64,000 nt of DNA from Leucoraja erinacea. Taxonomy: Eukaryota. The stretch covers positions 23,312,001-23,376,000 of the forward strand of contig NC_073382.1 of the NCBI RefSeq assembly GCF_028641065.1, given 5' to 3'. Positions within the stretch are counted from its first letter, which is position 1, and every line of letters begins with the position of its first letter. Below, in pieces: positions 27,018 through 41,339 of this stretch. The notes beneath the pieces are model-generated. The model was not told where the DNA came from. It did no database searches and saw only the letters and a program-made list of their open reading frames with translations. The position numbers were made by a program, and so were the translations under genes.

Positions 27018-30000
27018 GTATGTACTGTGGGTCAAAAACGAATAAGTTGTTAAATATAGTTATTTTTTCCACTTATCTCCTGCATTTCCTTTGATCAATG
27101 CATCGATTCTGTATCCCTCCTTTATTTATTTGAATTTGTCTCAAATGCATCTTGAGTTTGAATCTCATCACCATGGTGGAGAAATTTTTGATTTGTGCAA
27201 ATAAATATATGTGGAATAAAAAGTCTGGGAAACTGTTGATTTGTTGGGAAAAAAACATCCAGTTCATGGATGTCCTGGAGGAGGGGAATCTGACAGACTA
27301 ATCCACTTTGGGCTATTTGTGCCTCTTGGTTCATCACTGTGGTTAACTCTGAAGTGATTTTAGCAAGGCATAGTTTGAAGGGCAAAAATGCACAAACAAT
27401 AAATGCTAGCATTTCCATCTGTGTCTACATCCTGGGAATGAGTAAGTTATTAAAAGAGTGCAATTGATTTTAATGGTTCTTATTGTGCCAAGAACCACAT
27501 TTTATCTAATTTCTTTGTAAGAAAGGTTTCTCAGAATTCCCTACTGGGTTTGTTAGTGTCAGTCATAATTACAGTCCATAATTTTACTCGATCTAAATAC
27601 TCTTTCTTCTCTGGGAATCTGGCCAATAATATTGTCCTACTATTTAAAGCAGTAATTCTAAGTTAAAATGTAATAATCGGAAGTGGGGAAGATAATACAA
27701 TCGGTTTAATGCTTTGTCAAATAATATAAACATCTGAAAAATCAGATGTTTATATTATTTAGTCTACTTGGTCATTCAAAATTATTTGAAAGGAAGGGGA
27801 TATGAGTGAACTAGAACCCTTGTGATCTAGGATGGTGTTGGGTCATTAGATATGGTTTGTGGTTGCACATTGGTGTGATGTGTGGGTCTTGACTTAACTA
27901 TAATTTGCATGTTAGATTTGCATTCATTAACTCTTAACAGTTAGCAGTACACTAACTGAACATCTGAAATTGATTTTCATTTTTCCAGCCATAACACTTT
28001 AGCCTCTTCATTTCTTTCAAAACCATTTAAATGTCGGGCCTTACAACCAATTTGAAAATCAATTTCTTCAAGCCTGATCTTGTGTGTGATTTTAGTGTCT
28101 GCATTCAAAATTTACCCGACTGGTCTTGTAAAGATCACAGCCATTATATCATGTCCTTTATAAGTCTACATTACTTTAAAAAATGGTGTTATATAGAAAC
28201 TTCTGCAAATGGCAACACATGTCTTCAAACAATCGCCTGTGAACCAGCCAGGTCACTTCTAAATGTAGACACTATGCATGCTGCACAGTTTATTTTGAAG
28301 CATAAATGGTGGGTGTTTAAAGATCCACACAGTCTTACAGTCTTGAATTGCCTACCTATTTTCCTTGCTTCTGTGGTTACTTGTGACTTTAGCTGTAGCA
28401 CAGTTGCAGAGATTTAAGAAAAACGCTCTGTGTGGAAATCGCTATGCCAGGCTATATCTGCAGAGGGAAATGGATAGACAACGTTTGAGGTCCAAACCTT
28501 TCTTCAGACTGATGGAGTAGAATGGAGATAACTGGTCAAAAGAGGTGAGGGGGGGGGATGGGGATGGGGGAAGAGCTGGCAAATGGAGGTAGGGGGGGGG
28601 GGGGGGGGGGGGGGGTTGGGGGGGGGGGTTTGATTTGGAGTTCAGTCAGGTGATGGAATCCGATGAGTTAAGGAAGGTGGGGAGTGATATGTCGAACAGG
28701 GTGAGATGGAGAACAGGGCCGAGAGGAGGTGGGTATGAGATTAAATAGTGGATTTGGTGTGGGGAGATGTAGATGATGGGTGGATGAAAGAGGGGATAGG
28801 AACTGGGTGAAGAGGGCGGTGGGGCAGGGTTTGGAAGGAAGCGTGCATGGAGATTGGCAGGGGTGTTGTCGGGATGCTGCCTTTCAGCTTCAAAATCCTA
28901 AATTCAAGCCGGAACTCTGGAGTAGTTTATATGTTCTTCCTGAGAGCTAATGTGTTTCCTCTGGGTGCTCTATTTTCCTTAAGTACTAGAGACATGTAGG
29001 TTATTTAGCCACTGGAAATTGACCTGAGTGTGAAGCTGCTTAGTGGAATTTGGGTGTAGTTGATTTGAACGGAAAGGAGAAGGTGTGGGCGTGGTGAAGA
29101 AGAGGATTGGTGTAGATTAGTGTGAAATGATGTTTAATGAACAGAGTGAATTTGGTGGCTGTGTGACTTTGACACATGGTTGGGATGGGATTTGCTAGAG
29201 TTTGCTATTGTTGTCAGTGCAGCTTGCATTACTTTTTCCAATTGGCAATTTTGTCATGAATGTTTTGACGACAGTGTTTTGGTGAAGGGATGATTGATTT
29301 TTCTCAGTGCTCAGAGAAGCATCACCTTGATGCCAGGTGATGCAAAAATGAATAGGTAAATACTATGCAGTCAGGTAAGTTAAACCACAGACAAGCATCC
29401 AGGAAGGTGAGGGGAGGCCTGATAGAGGTTTATAAAATGATGAGGAGAATAGGTAGGGTCGACGGTCAGAATATTTTGCCTATGGTGGAAATGTAAAATA
29501 CGAGAGGGTTACATTTACGAGGCTTTTAGAATAGTACACGAAAATGCAGGGAATAGAGGGATATAGATCATTTATATTATTGAGAATTCTCTGCCATAGA
29601 AGGCAGTGGAGTACAAATCACTGTATGCATTCATGAGATAGTTAGATATTGCTCTTAGGGCTAACGGAATCAAGGGATATGAGGAGAAAGCAAGAACGGG
29701 GTACTGATTTTGGATGATCAGCCCTGATCATATTGAATGATGGTGCTGGGTCGAAGAGCCGAATGGCCTACTCCTATGCCTATTTTCGAAGTGCAGACGG
29801 AATGATTAGTTTAACTTGGCATCATATTTGGCACATTGAGAGGCTATAATTTACTCCCTAGCTTCCACAATGCCGTAGGATTTACTTGACCAGGTCCTGG
29901 GGATTTATTTACCTTAATGTGTTTTAAGACCAGCTGTGCCATCTCTTCTGTCATGTGGACTCTCTTCAACACATCACTATTACCTTCCTCCTGGTTCCTA

Positions 30001-31599
30001 GTTTCCATGTCTTTCTCCATGGTAAATACAGTGGAGACATTTACATTGCACACCTTCCCCATCTCTGTGCCTCCAGACATTGAAACTTGTTGACTTTTAA
30101 GGAGCTCTATTCTCTCCCAAGTTTTTTTTGTTGTTGTCATTAATACACTTGTATCATCTCTTTGGAGTCTCTTACTTTGTCTGCTCTTATTCTATCTGTG
30201 TCTTACTTTATCAGCTATCTCGTGTCTTCTATTTACACTCCTGATTTTCCTTAATAGTACCAGCTATTACTACCTACTATAATTAATTTCTCTTGTGTGG
30301 CTGGCTTGTCTAGCTGTTGAGGTAAAGCAGGAAAATACTATATTTCTCTCAAGCTGGGTGCCGTAGAATGTCTGCAGTTGAAGGTGTACAGCATGGATAC
30401 CCTCTGAATCTACACTGACCCTCGGGCACCTATTTACACTAATCCTGTTTTAATCTAACTACATTTCCATCAAATCCTCCAGATTCTACCACTTTCCTTA
30501 TACTCGAGACCATTAACCAAGCAATTTGTACATTGGTGGAATGTGGCAGCAAATTAGAGCATACAGGGGAAACCCATGGGGGAGAACCTGCACACTCCAT
30601 GCAAAGAGTGGCATCAGTCAACATTGATTCTGGGTCATTGGAACTATGCGGGATCAGCTCCTTCAGGTGGAGATTTCATTACATTGGTTGTAGCTTTCTA
30701 GATAAGTTGATTTAGTGATTTGATTGTAATCTAAATAATCACTTGACCATGCATTGTGGTAAGATTCAAAAGATTGCTGTCACTTGAGATTGAAATCTGA
30801 TTCTATAGGCAAATGGTTTCTATTTAATATTTCATGTGAAATACGATCAAATAAATCTGAGCAAGATAAGTAAAAGTTTATGGCAATTTAAGTTGCTTTC
30901 AGCCATCATTACAATAATTTTCTAATGTTAATCTTGCAACACGGAAGATTAATAGGTACATGTTGTCTTTGTCTACAATCAGCCGTTGAACACTAGAAAC
31001 AAACCAGTCCTGTGCTCTATACCTATTGAGCCACAGTGTGACCTGTGATGTATGCTCATGTTATTTTGCACACTGACTGATTGCATTTGGAACCTAATAG
31101 TTTCAAATTGGGATTGTTGCAGGATTCTTCTCACAATGCAAAGGTCAAGTGATTATCTGCATTACAATAATTCACGTTTAATTAAACTACTTTTGAAACT
31201 GCAGCCAATTTATATATTAAAATATCCACCTAAGTAATCAATTAATTGTTTTGCAGCTTACGAAAAAAATAGCTGTAGCCAATTTTCTTTGTTTTCCCAA
31301 ACAAGCCAGGTCCATAAATCAATTACACCAGTTTTGGGACTTAATTATTTGATGATCATTTGACGAATAAATGATCCAGACCATCTCCAGCCAGTGAAAT
31401 ACTATTAAGGCTGTAATGTAGAAAATGTGGGGTCTTTCATATAACAGTTGCTATTATCAAATTTTGCCATGATGGTTGAAAGATGAGGATTGGTATAACT
31501 TTACTATTTTGTTTTGAAGTAGTGCCATGAGATGTTTTGCAAAATCCTGAGACCATATCCCTTCTGAAAGATGCACATTCACAGTGTTGCCATCCCATC

Positions 31600-32693
31600 A
31601 TAGAAACATAGAAACATACAAATTAGGTGCAGGAGTCGGCCATTCGGCCCTTCGAGCCTGCACCGCCATTCAATATGATCATGGCTGATCGTCCAACTCA
31701 GTATCCCGTACCTGCCGTCTCTCCATACCTTCTGATCCCCTTAGCCACAAGGGCCACATCTAACTCCCTCTTAAATATAGCCAATGAACTGGCCTCGATT
31801 ACCCTCTGTGGCAGAGAATTCCAGAGATTCACCACTCTCTGTGTGTGAAAAAAGTTCTCATCTCGGTTTTAAAGGATTTCTCCCTTATCCTTAAGCTGTG
31901 ACACCTTGTCCTGGACTTCCCTAACATTGGGAGCAATCTTCCTGCATCTAGCCTGTCCAACCCCTTAAGAATTTTGTAAGTTTCTATAAGATCCCCGCTC
32001 AATCTTCTAAATTCTAGAGTGTATAAACCAAGTCTATCCAGTCTTTCTTCATAAGACAGTCCTGACATCCCAGGAATCAGTCTGGTGAACCGTCTCTGCA
32101 CTCCCTCTATGGCAATAATGTCCTTCCTCAGATTTGGAGACCAAAACTGTACGCAATACTCCAGGTGTGGTCTCACCAAGACCTTGCACAACTGCAGTAG
32201 AACCTCCCTGCTCCTATACTCAAATCCTTTTGCTATGAAAGCTAACATACCATTTGCTTTCTTCACTGCCTGCTGCACCTGCATGCCTACTTTCAATGAC
32301 TGGTGTACCATGACACCCAGTTCTCGCTGCATCTCCCCTTTTCCTAGTCGGCCACAATTTAGATAATAGTCTGCTTTCCTGTTTTTGCCACCAAAATGGA
32401 TAACCTCACATTTATCCACATTATACTGCATCTGCCAAACATTTGCCCACTCACCCAGCCTATCCAAGTCACCTTGCAGTCTCCTAGCATCCTCCTCACA
32501 GCTAACACTGCCCCCCAGCTTAGTGTCATCCGCAAACTTGGAGATATTGCCTTCAATTCCCTCATCCAGATCATTAATATATATTGTAAATAGTTGGGAT
32601 CCCAGCACTGAGCCTTGCGGTACCCCACTAGTCACTGCCTGCCATTGTGAAAAGGACCCGTTTACTCCTACTCTTTGCTTCCTGTTTGCCAAT
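31600..32693 (-). mobile_element. CR1 LINE (HER1-like), 5'-truncated and relatively young
   Basis: Open 287-aa RT C-terminal ORF (GVPQGSVLG, FADDTKLGG, RPHLEYCVQFWSP), plus 3' tail ending in CTATGTTT-type repeats. Confidence 0.95.
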
Positions 32694-32784
32694 CATACTG
32701 CAATTAAGTGCACCGTAGAATTTTAGTCAGTAGTTTTTAACTGCATGTACCAATTCTCTTTTTGCATTTATAATTTTTTTAATG

Positions 32785-33442
32785 ATGCAAAGGGTTTCAA
32801 AGGTCTTTTTTTGTCACGTGTACCAATTGAGGTACAGTGATATTCGTATTACCATACAGCCATACTTAAAGGCAACAAGACACACAACCACATAAAGTTA
32901 ACATAAACATTCACCACAGCGGGATCCACATTCCTCACTGTGATGAAATGTAATAAAGTCTAATTCCCCCCCGCGGTCGGGGCAGTTGAACTATCTGCAG
33001 TCAGGGCAATCGGAGCTCCCGTAGCCGGCAGTCAAAGTTCCTGCGACGAGGCGATTGAAGCTCCCGCGTCGGGGCGGTCAAAGCTCCTGCGGCTTGGAGC
33101 TCCCGAAGTCTGTCTCTAACCAGAGACTGTGAGCTCCACGATGTTAAAGTCCGCAGGCTCCGGAGGTTGTTGCTCAGAGGTCGATCCCCGGAGCTCCTGG
33201 TCGACCCTCAGCAGAGGCCGCCAACTCCTCGATGTTAGGCCGCAGTGCAGATGGAGATACTATACGGAAAAAAATGGCATCTCCGTCGAGGTAAGAGATT
33301 AAAAAAAAGTTTCCCCAACCCCCCACTGCCCCCCACATAAAACAAGCTAAAGAACACAAAACATTTATTTCTATTCATTTAACACCTACTAAAGAAACAA
33401 CATAGAAGGAAGGGACGCAGACTGTTGGCGAGGCAGCCATTG
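32785..33442 (-). mobile_element. Unclassified non-coding retroposon-like repeat with GC-rich body
   Basis: CpG-rich core with ~24-bp internal degenerate repeats (GTCGGGGCGGTCAAAGCTCC-like), and a LINE-like tail ending in short tandem repeats. Confidence 0.5.
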
Positions 33443-33943
33443 TATTTAATCATGGTTTGTTTGATCATTTCAGGGGGAATTTAAGGATTTATATTGTTGG
33501 GGCTGGTGGCAATCTCTGAAGGAAATTATTAAACCAGATATCTTGTTTTGACAATCACCTTGTTTCCTGTCATTAACTTTTTTGTAATTGCAAATAATTC
33601 AAGTTATTTTGTTCTTTGTACCTGCATTAGCAAATAAATACTTTTTTCCCTCCCACTTTATGTTAGGATTTCTCAGAACACTGCAAAGCTTGTTGCCTTG
33701 AAACTATACCTGGTTGTGATGGTATGATGTGATATTTAGCCAGTGTAAAGTACAATATCTGAATCTATGCAGAGTTGTAAGCTGTATTGACTTGCGGCAT
33801 TTGAGTAAACATTGTTGAGAACTTAAAACTACGTGCTGAAGGATGACAATGACATATTTATAAAGTGATGATCAAAATGATTTGCTGGTATTTTAAAATG
33901 TGCTATCCAGTTTTTTAGGTCAAACATATGTTTAACCATCTGA

Positions 33944-34063
<120 letters not shown>

Positions 34064-34897
34064 TAGAGGATTTGATGTTTAAGCATGCTATTTTGATTTG
34101 TTTGGCGTGATGTAATAGTATAGATCTAGGACATACATTGCGATGTAGGAAATTCAAACATAGTATTCTAAATGCGTTGCTTTGGTCCAGTTAAACCAGT
34201 TTATAATTGTTGGGACTCATTTCACATTGTTTTCGAACTAACCATGTCTCTTGCTGGTGAAATCCAGTATGATTACAGTAAGAAGAAATCTTTAAAGTTG
34301 TGGTTGTGCCATTTATATCATTACTGATTTTGTTGTGTTGATTTGGGGAAGAACATTATGCTTGTGAAGGTAATGAAGAAACTGCATTAAGAAAAGGACA
34401 AGAGAATCTGGTCTAACAGTTCAACTAGCAGTATAATTCAATTACTTTTTACTGTGTCTTCATGTTTATTAAACAAGAATTAATATCTTGCAATGCAGAA
34501 ATATTAATATTTAGGGAGCACAAATAGCACCTAATGATTCATAAGAAGTGTGTTTGAGCTGTTAATACTTTATTTCGCAAGTACAGGTGGTGCTTGGAAA
34601 CTGTTGAAGATGAGGGACTTCCTGAAAGATTCAGCATAAACCCATGGACTAGTTCATATAATTCTTATTCTCACACAGTTTTTTAAGAGTAGATGGCGAG
34701 CTCTTGCTTCTTGCTTAATTCTGAATAGTTGTTTCAGCTCGAGCAGAATATGAAACTCCTACTCTATTTGAAGCTGTAATTGAACTCTTATTTGCAAATT
34801 CAGATCTTACCAATATAATCTTGAGTACAAATCAACACAGCTATGGTTATGGATGTTCTTCCTCGAGTTGTCCTGTATCTATAACCATTTACATTTA

Positions 34898-35255
34898 TCA
34901 GCGGGTGAAGCAGCATCTATGGAGCAAAGGAAATGGGTAACGTTTCGGGTTGAGACCCTTCTTTAGACTTGGGGGGGGGGGAATAAGAAAGGAAGATGTG
35001 AAAACAATGGGCTGAAGGAGAGCTGAGAAGAGGAGGAGAAAGCAGGGCCTATGTGAAATTGGAGGTCAATGTTCATACCGCTGGAGTGTAAACTGCCCAA
35101 GCGAAATATGAGGTGTTGCTCCTCCAATTTACGGTGTGCCTCACTCTGGCCATGGAGGAGGCCTAGGACAGAAAAGTCTGATTCTGAATGGGAGGGGGAG
35201 TTGAAGTGCTCGGCCACCGGGAGATCAGGTTGATTATTGCGAACCGAGCGGAGGT
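34898..35255 (-). mobile_element. Penelope-like element 3' fragment
   Basis: AEHFNSPSHSESDFSVLGLLHGQSEAHRKLEEQHLIFRLGSL plus terminal repeat. Confidence 0.85.
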
Positions 35256-37138
35256 TCGAGGAACCGAGCGGAGCTCTAAGATATGTTGCTACAAATATAC
35301 ATATGGATTAAATGGAGCAACAATCTCAACAGAAGTAATGACGAGTGAAAATCTTTTCTTGTAACCACAAGTTAGGGATTTGAAACTAAAAGCAAAAATC
35401 TAGAGATATTAGAAATCTGAAACCGAAACAGAAAATGTTGGAATTGTTTAAGGTTGCAGCAAAAGGAGTAGGATCTGTGGGGGGATCTCATTGAAACTTA
35501 CCGTATAATAAAAGGCCAAGATAAAGTGGACGTGCGAAGGATGTTTCCATTATATTTTAAAGCCGGAGATAGATAGATTCTTGATTAGTACGGGTGTTAT
35601 GGTTATGGGGAGAAGGCAGGAGAATGGGACTGAGAGGGAAAGATGGATCAGCCATGATTGAATAGTGGAGTAGACATGATGGGCTGAATGTTCTGATTCT
35701 GCTCCTATTACGTTTGAAGTTATGAACTTATTATTGTGAGTGTCTAGAACCAGAGGGCATGGCCTCAGAATAAAATGCTTTAAATTTGAGATGAGGGGAA
35801 ATGTCTTTAGCCAGAGGTTGGAAAATCTGTGGAATTCACTGCCACAGACAGCTGTTGTGGCCAAGACATTGGGTATATTTAAGGAAGAGATTGATAGATT
35901 CTTGATTAGGTAGGTCAAATGCTCTATGCAGAGGGACGTGATTTCAAACAAGAATCAATTTATTTGTCATGGGTCATGTTGTTCTGTGAACCATTACAAA
36001 AAATTAAGTCATATTGCACAGAAACTGGCTCTTTGGCCCACCAAGTGTAACTGACCATCAACCAAATATTTAGACCATTAAACTGAGGTTGGAGCAGAAG
36101 TAGGCCATTCAGCCCATCGGGTCTACTCCGCTATTCAATCGTATCTGAGTTCCCAACTCCTAGTTCTATTTTCTTATGCAATTGAATATGATTAGAACAG
36201 AAAACTATTTAAATTAGTTGCTTTGGTTCACTGGTTAGCTGTTGAACTCCGAGCAAAACTCGGGTTGCAAATATTATTGTTTGTGAAATAGTGAAACCTT
36301 TAAGCCTGAAATTTAAATTTTATATTTTAGTTTTCCTGTTTCCACATAGTTTCGAGTTTACGTATGGTTTCAGACTTGGTGAATTTAAGTGGACAGATCA
36401 ACGTGACATGTTGCATAAGCAATTGGGAAACACAGCCAACTATTGATAAAATCCAATACTGTTGCTTTGAAGTACAATGTGTGGCAAAGTAATTTACCTT
36501 GGCAGATAAACATGTAATTTCAGGTAAAGTGGATATTTATCAATTGTGCAGCCCAGTCTTTTGGTGCAGTCCTAAACACATACACTGAAAGTTTGTGTGT
36601 TGGAGCAAAGAATGATAGGTTGACTGGTAAACATATGCACATACAGTCAACCGATGAGCAAGTCTCAGAAAAATTTGATTTTTGTGCAACTGTCTTTACT
36701 TGCAGCACTTGTACAATTGCATGTACTGGCATGGAGAAATTTGTTGCAATTTGGCTTTGTTCACTTTTTATGATCTGTCGTCAAGATCCAGATCAAGAAT
36801 GATTAACTTAACTGTTGTTCTTATTTTTGAACTTATCTGTTCTGCGAGATTTCTCTTTTGTAGAAAACTTTGGCACAAGGCCTGCAAGGTTGCCGGATGG
36901 ACATTGGATTTATTTCAATAAAATACTGAAAGTAACCAGTGCTTGGAGGCCTATATGAGTCCAGAGAGAAAAATTACTATCTCAAAAATTACCACTTAGA
37001 ATGACTGAAACAAGGTGCAATTGACTTGCGACTGTTGGCCAACTAAATTCTTCTGCTACAGCTAGGGCCCAAGGCATTGGAGCACAGTGCTCTGGGGGTG
37101 GGAGAAGCCTTGTTTAGATGTTTGTTTTAGATGTTTAG

Positions 37139-37308
37139 GAGAAACTCAGCGGGTGCAGCAGCATCTATGGAGTCTGAAGTCTGAAGAAGGGTTTCGGCCC
37201 GAAACGTTGCCTATTTCCTTCGCTCCATAGATGCTGCTGCACCCGCTGAGTTTCTCCAGCTTTTTTGTGTACCTTCGATTCTCCAGCATCTGCAGTTCCT
37301 TCTTAAAC
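37139..37308. mobile_element. Mini Penelope-terminal-repeat hairpin insertion flanked by a 33-bp duplication
   Basis: AGCCTTGTTTAGATGTTTGTTTTAGATGTTTAG at 37106-37138 and 37309-37341. Inverted GGAGAAACTCAGCGGGTGCAGCAGCATCTATGGAG arms. Confidence 0.8.
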
Positions 37309-37341
37309 AGCCTTGTTTAGATGTTTGTTTTAGATGTTTAG

Positions 37342-37585
37342 AGATACAGCGCGAAAACAGGCCCTTTGGCCCACCAGGTCCGTGCCGACCATCGCACATT
37401 AACAGTATCCTACACCTATACGGACAATTTTTTTATTTACCAAGCCAATTAACCTGCAAACCTGTACGTCTTTGGAGTGTGGGAGTAAACCGAAGACCTC
37501 GGAGAAAACCCATGCAGTTCACGGGGAGAACTCCGTACAGACAGCACCCGTAGTCGGGATTGAACCCGGGTCTCTGGCGGTGAAA
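37342..37585 (-). mobile_element. HE1/V-SINE-like element
   Basis: Reverse complement of the SINE body at 7400, with a CR1-like tail. Confidence 0.7.
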
Positions 37586-37819
37586 TCACAGATCTGTCTT
37601 TGGAGTGCAGTTGGCAGCAACATGGGTCCCAAATAGACCCTGAATAATTGGATGTGCGGGCCTGTTGGGCCAATGTGAGGGTGGGAGCTCCACTGTGCTC
37701 CCCGCATCCCCACTGTTGCATGCTATTTGGTGTGTCTGACAATGGTCATCTCTCAGACAACAGGATCCCAGCTTCCCCTGTATAACCTAGTGTGGAAATT
37801 GCAACATAATAGCAAGTTT

Positions 37820-38920
37820 TAATAATAATAATAATAATAAATAAATAAATAAATAAATAAATAGATACTTTATTGATCCCCTCGGGGAAATTCAGATGTC
37901 GAAAAGCCCCCAACCAACAAACCCACACATTCAAAACGAACGCAGACAGAAAAATACATAAAATACAATGTGGACACTACCTGAGAGCAATAAATACTTA
38001 AAGACCAATAATTAACAGTTAAAAATTAGAAAAATGCTAAAATGCATCCCCCTACAGCCTAGCGGTCCTAATTGTAAAATCTAATGGCTGCAGGGGTGAA
38101 GGATCTTCTGAACCGCTCCGTTCTACAGCGCAGGGAGAGGAGCCGGTTGTTGTTCCGAGTGCTCTTTTGACTCTCCAGAATTACATGGAGGGGATGCCTG
38201 GGGTTTTTCAGGGTGACCTGCACCTTGCGCCTCATACGCCTCTCAAGCACATCCATCCCAGAGTCCACTCTCCCCTCCAGCACTGAGCTAGCTCATTTAA
38301 CCAGTTTGTCCAGCTTCTTGTTGTTTTTTGCACTAATGCTGTTGCCCCAGCAGACAACAGCATAGAAAATAACACTTGCAACCACAGTGTTGTAAAACAT
38401 GTGCAGCATATCATAATGCACATTGAAGGATTTGAGCCTTGAGGAAAAAAGAGTCTGCTCTGGCCTTTTTTGTAGAGGGCGTCAGAGTTGACAGACCAGT
38501 CCAGTTTGTTATCCAGGTGCACTCCAAGGTATTTATATGTCTGCACCACCTCGATGTCAGCCCCAGCAGCGTTGACCGGCTGAAGGGGGAGCTTGGACCT
38601 GCCGAAGTTAACCACCATCTCGTTAGTCTTAGTTGTATTCAGGATGAGATGGTTCTGTTTACTCCAGGCACAGAAGGCACTGGTCAAGTTCCTGTATTCC
38701 TCCTCATGCCCGTTCCTTACACGTGTCACAATCGCTGTGTCATCTAAATATTTCTGTACATGGCATGTGTCAGACTTGTACGTCTGCAGTATACAGGGTG
38801 AAGAGGAACGGGGCCAGAACCGTTCCCTGTGGGGCTCCAACATTGCACACCACTGTGCCAGAGAGACAGTCCCCCAGCTTAACAAACTGGTCGATCCGCC
38901 GGGTAGTTGTATATCCAGGA
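37820..38920 (-). mobile_element. Rex1/Babar-like LINE 3' fragment with frameshifts
   Basis: QKYLDDTAIV, LNTTKTNEMVVNF, YKYLGVHLDNKLDW, RTERFRRSFTPAAIRFYN, and a (TTAT)n/(TTA)n tail. Confidence 0.85.
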
Positions 38921-40244
38921 GATAAAGTTCACTGATACCAAGTAGTGTGCGGTTCAATATTTGGAATGAAGTGAATATGCTGAATGTGTTCCATGCCAGG
39001 AAGAATCTGTTTTCAATTGTATAACATTGGGCATCAAGACAAGTTTTTTGCCATGCGTGTGTTTTGGTATCATGCTTCACTGTTGCAGATAGGTTTCAGA
39101 TAGGCTTCCCCTACCCACTGCACAGCCCCTCAGCTTTCTATTACTTTTTTTTTAAACTTCCCCTTTTAAATCTTGATAAGAAAGATGCAGTGCGTATAAT
39201 TCACTGTTGTGCAATTTTTAGAGAGCCATATTGGAATTTTAAACGCATTCATTTGATTTGTGGAAATGAGAAAAATGTGTTGGATGATATACTCTTATTA
39301 ACAAAGGGCAATCTATAGAATCCAATTAAACTGCAATCTCACACATATTTAGACTGTGGGAGGATACCGGAGCACCTCGAGAACAGGGAGAACGTACAAA
39401 CTCCTTACAGGCAGCACCCAGGATTGAACCCGGGCTTCTGGCCTGTAAGGCGGCAACTCTATCAATGTGCTGCTCCATATTCAAGTAATGTTTTACACAT
39501 TGCAAATACCAAAATTAAAAATATACATGTGCGGATTGGAAATAAAATTCTCATTGTTTCCAGGCACAAGCATGTTTAGTAGTAATTACGGTAAGTATTG
39601 CATAATATTTTTCAAGGTGTGTGTGACTAGCGATTCATTCCACAACATAGATGAGGCTTGATATCACCGGAAATGCACCACATGTTTTATTCTTTTGTTA
39701 TTCATTGTGTTGTCAGAAGGGCATGAACACAGTTGCTGGCAGTCTAGACAGTCTGCATGCCATTGTTTTTTATCCCAAAAAGTCTTTAAGCATGGTCTTA
39801 ATACAGGGATTGCCAAATTACAAGTTATACCTTTTAAAGGAGCGCTTGGCCTCATCTGGATAATGATCAGGTAATTGTTATGTCAAAGTTTTTTTTAAAA
39901 GCTTCAGAGGCTTTCCTTGGGGATAGTAGATGCCCGGGTGATAGAACTAACGCACACATTGTGTGGTAAGACTTGAAAGTTAGTTTAATTTCAGGTAAAA
40001 TTGCTTTTTTGTAGGGTGGCGCTGGAATTTGATCATCTGCAACTGCTTGGGCAATGCCTCGGGGTTGAGGATGATTGTGCTCCACTGTAGTCGCCTCAGA
40101 CCACTGAGACCTGGTGATACCGATAGTGTGGGAGGTGCCGGAAAGGGTGGCTAGGTAGTTTATGATCCTCGCATCCTTTGCTGTTTATACTATGCTCTTA
40201 ATGAAGGGCCTTGTGTTGTCAGTAATACATTGAAAGCTCCTGCA

Positions 40245-40560
40245 CTTTAGTTTTTAGTTTTAGAGATACAGCACGGAAACAGGCCCTTCGGCCCACAGAG
40301 TCCGCACAGACCAGCGATCCCTGCACATTAACACTATCCTGCACACACTAGGGACAATTTACATTTAAACCAAGCCAATTAACCTACAAACCTGTATGTC
40401 TTTGGAGTGTGGGTGGAAACCGAAGGTCTCTGAGAAAAACCACGGTGGTCACAGGAAGAATGTACAAGCTCCATAAAGACAGCACTCGTAGTCTGGATCA
40501 AACCCGGGTCTCCAGTGCTGCAAGCACTGCAAGGCAACAACTGTATTGCGGTGCCACCTT
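40245..40560 (-). mobile_element. HE1/V-SINE-like element
   Basis: Nearly collinear with the 37342-37585 copy. Confidence 0.7.
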
Positions 40561-41339
40561 TGAGCAGCTCTGGATCTGGCCATCCTTCTGTGAAGATTTC
40601 AAGGTTGCTGAGAATATTTAGCACTGTCCACGTAATAATCCCGTAACATGACAGAGCTCAGAGTAGTGTGTTTATATCTGAGTCTGCTGTTGGCTATGTC
40701 AACTATGTGGCTAGACATTAAAGTTGACACTGTGATTGATACTGAGGGTTTGATCTGGGAGAAGTTGGGAATACTGGTTCCTTGCTCACTGAGTTTTTTT
40801 TATAGGTCTACGGTAAAGAGGAAAAACATGTAATAGAAATCTGAACGGTATATTTTTCACACAAAGGGTGGTGGATGTATAGAACAAGCTGCCAGAGGAT
40901 GTAGTTGAGGGTGAGACTATCCAATATGATATGATACAATAGAACTTTATTCATCCCCGGAGGAAAATTGGTCTGCCAACAGCCATAACACACAAGTTAC
41001 AGGAAATCTTGAAATTAAAATCCCAACCTTTAAGAAACAGTTATAGAAGTACATGAATAGGACAGGTTTGGAGGGATATGGACCAAATGCAGGCAGGTAG
41101 ACTAGTGTAACTAGGACATGTTGGCTGGTGTGGGCAATTTGTGCCAATGGGCCCGTTTCCATGCTGTATGACTCCATGATATATTTGAAGAATTTTGTGG
41201 GGACAATGCAGCTGATATCTCTCTCCTCAAAGGTACACAAGAGGGCAGGACTGTTGTCAAATAGACCATAAGCTTTGTGCCTGGCTAGGATCTCCATATT
41301 TTTCCCCACAGCCAAACAAAGAGTATGCTAGTGCACCAA

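Noticed and set aside
26093-27094. 333-aa ORF as a stand-alone gene
   Set aside because: It is KLF5 exon 2 plus intronic read-through on both sides. Splice sites at 26156 and 27017 delimit the homology.
28540-28630. Long poly-G runs as a functional G-quadruplex (also 7726-7755)
   Set aside because: They lie in the purine-rich tract of Penelope-derived repeats. Homopolymer length is unreliable and there is no evidence of function.
31829-32692. Retron, group II intron or domesticated RT gene
   Set aside because: Motifs and 3' tail are standard CR1 LINE. It is 5'-truncated and has many degraded relatives in the window.
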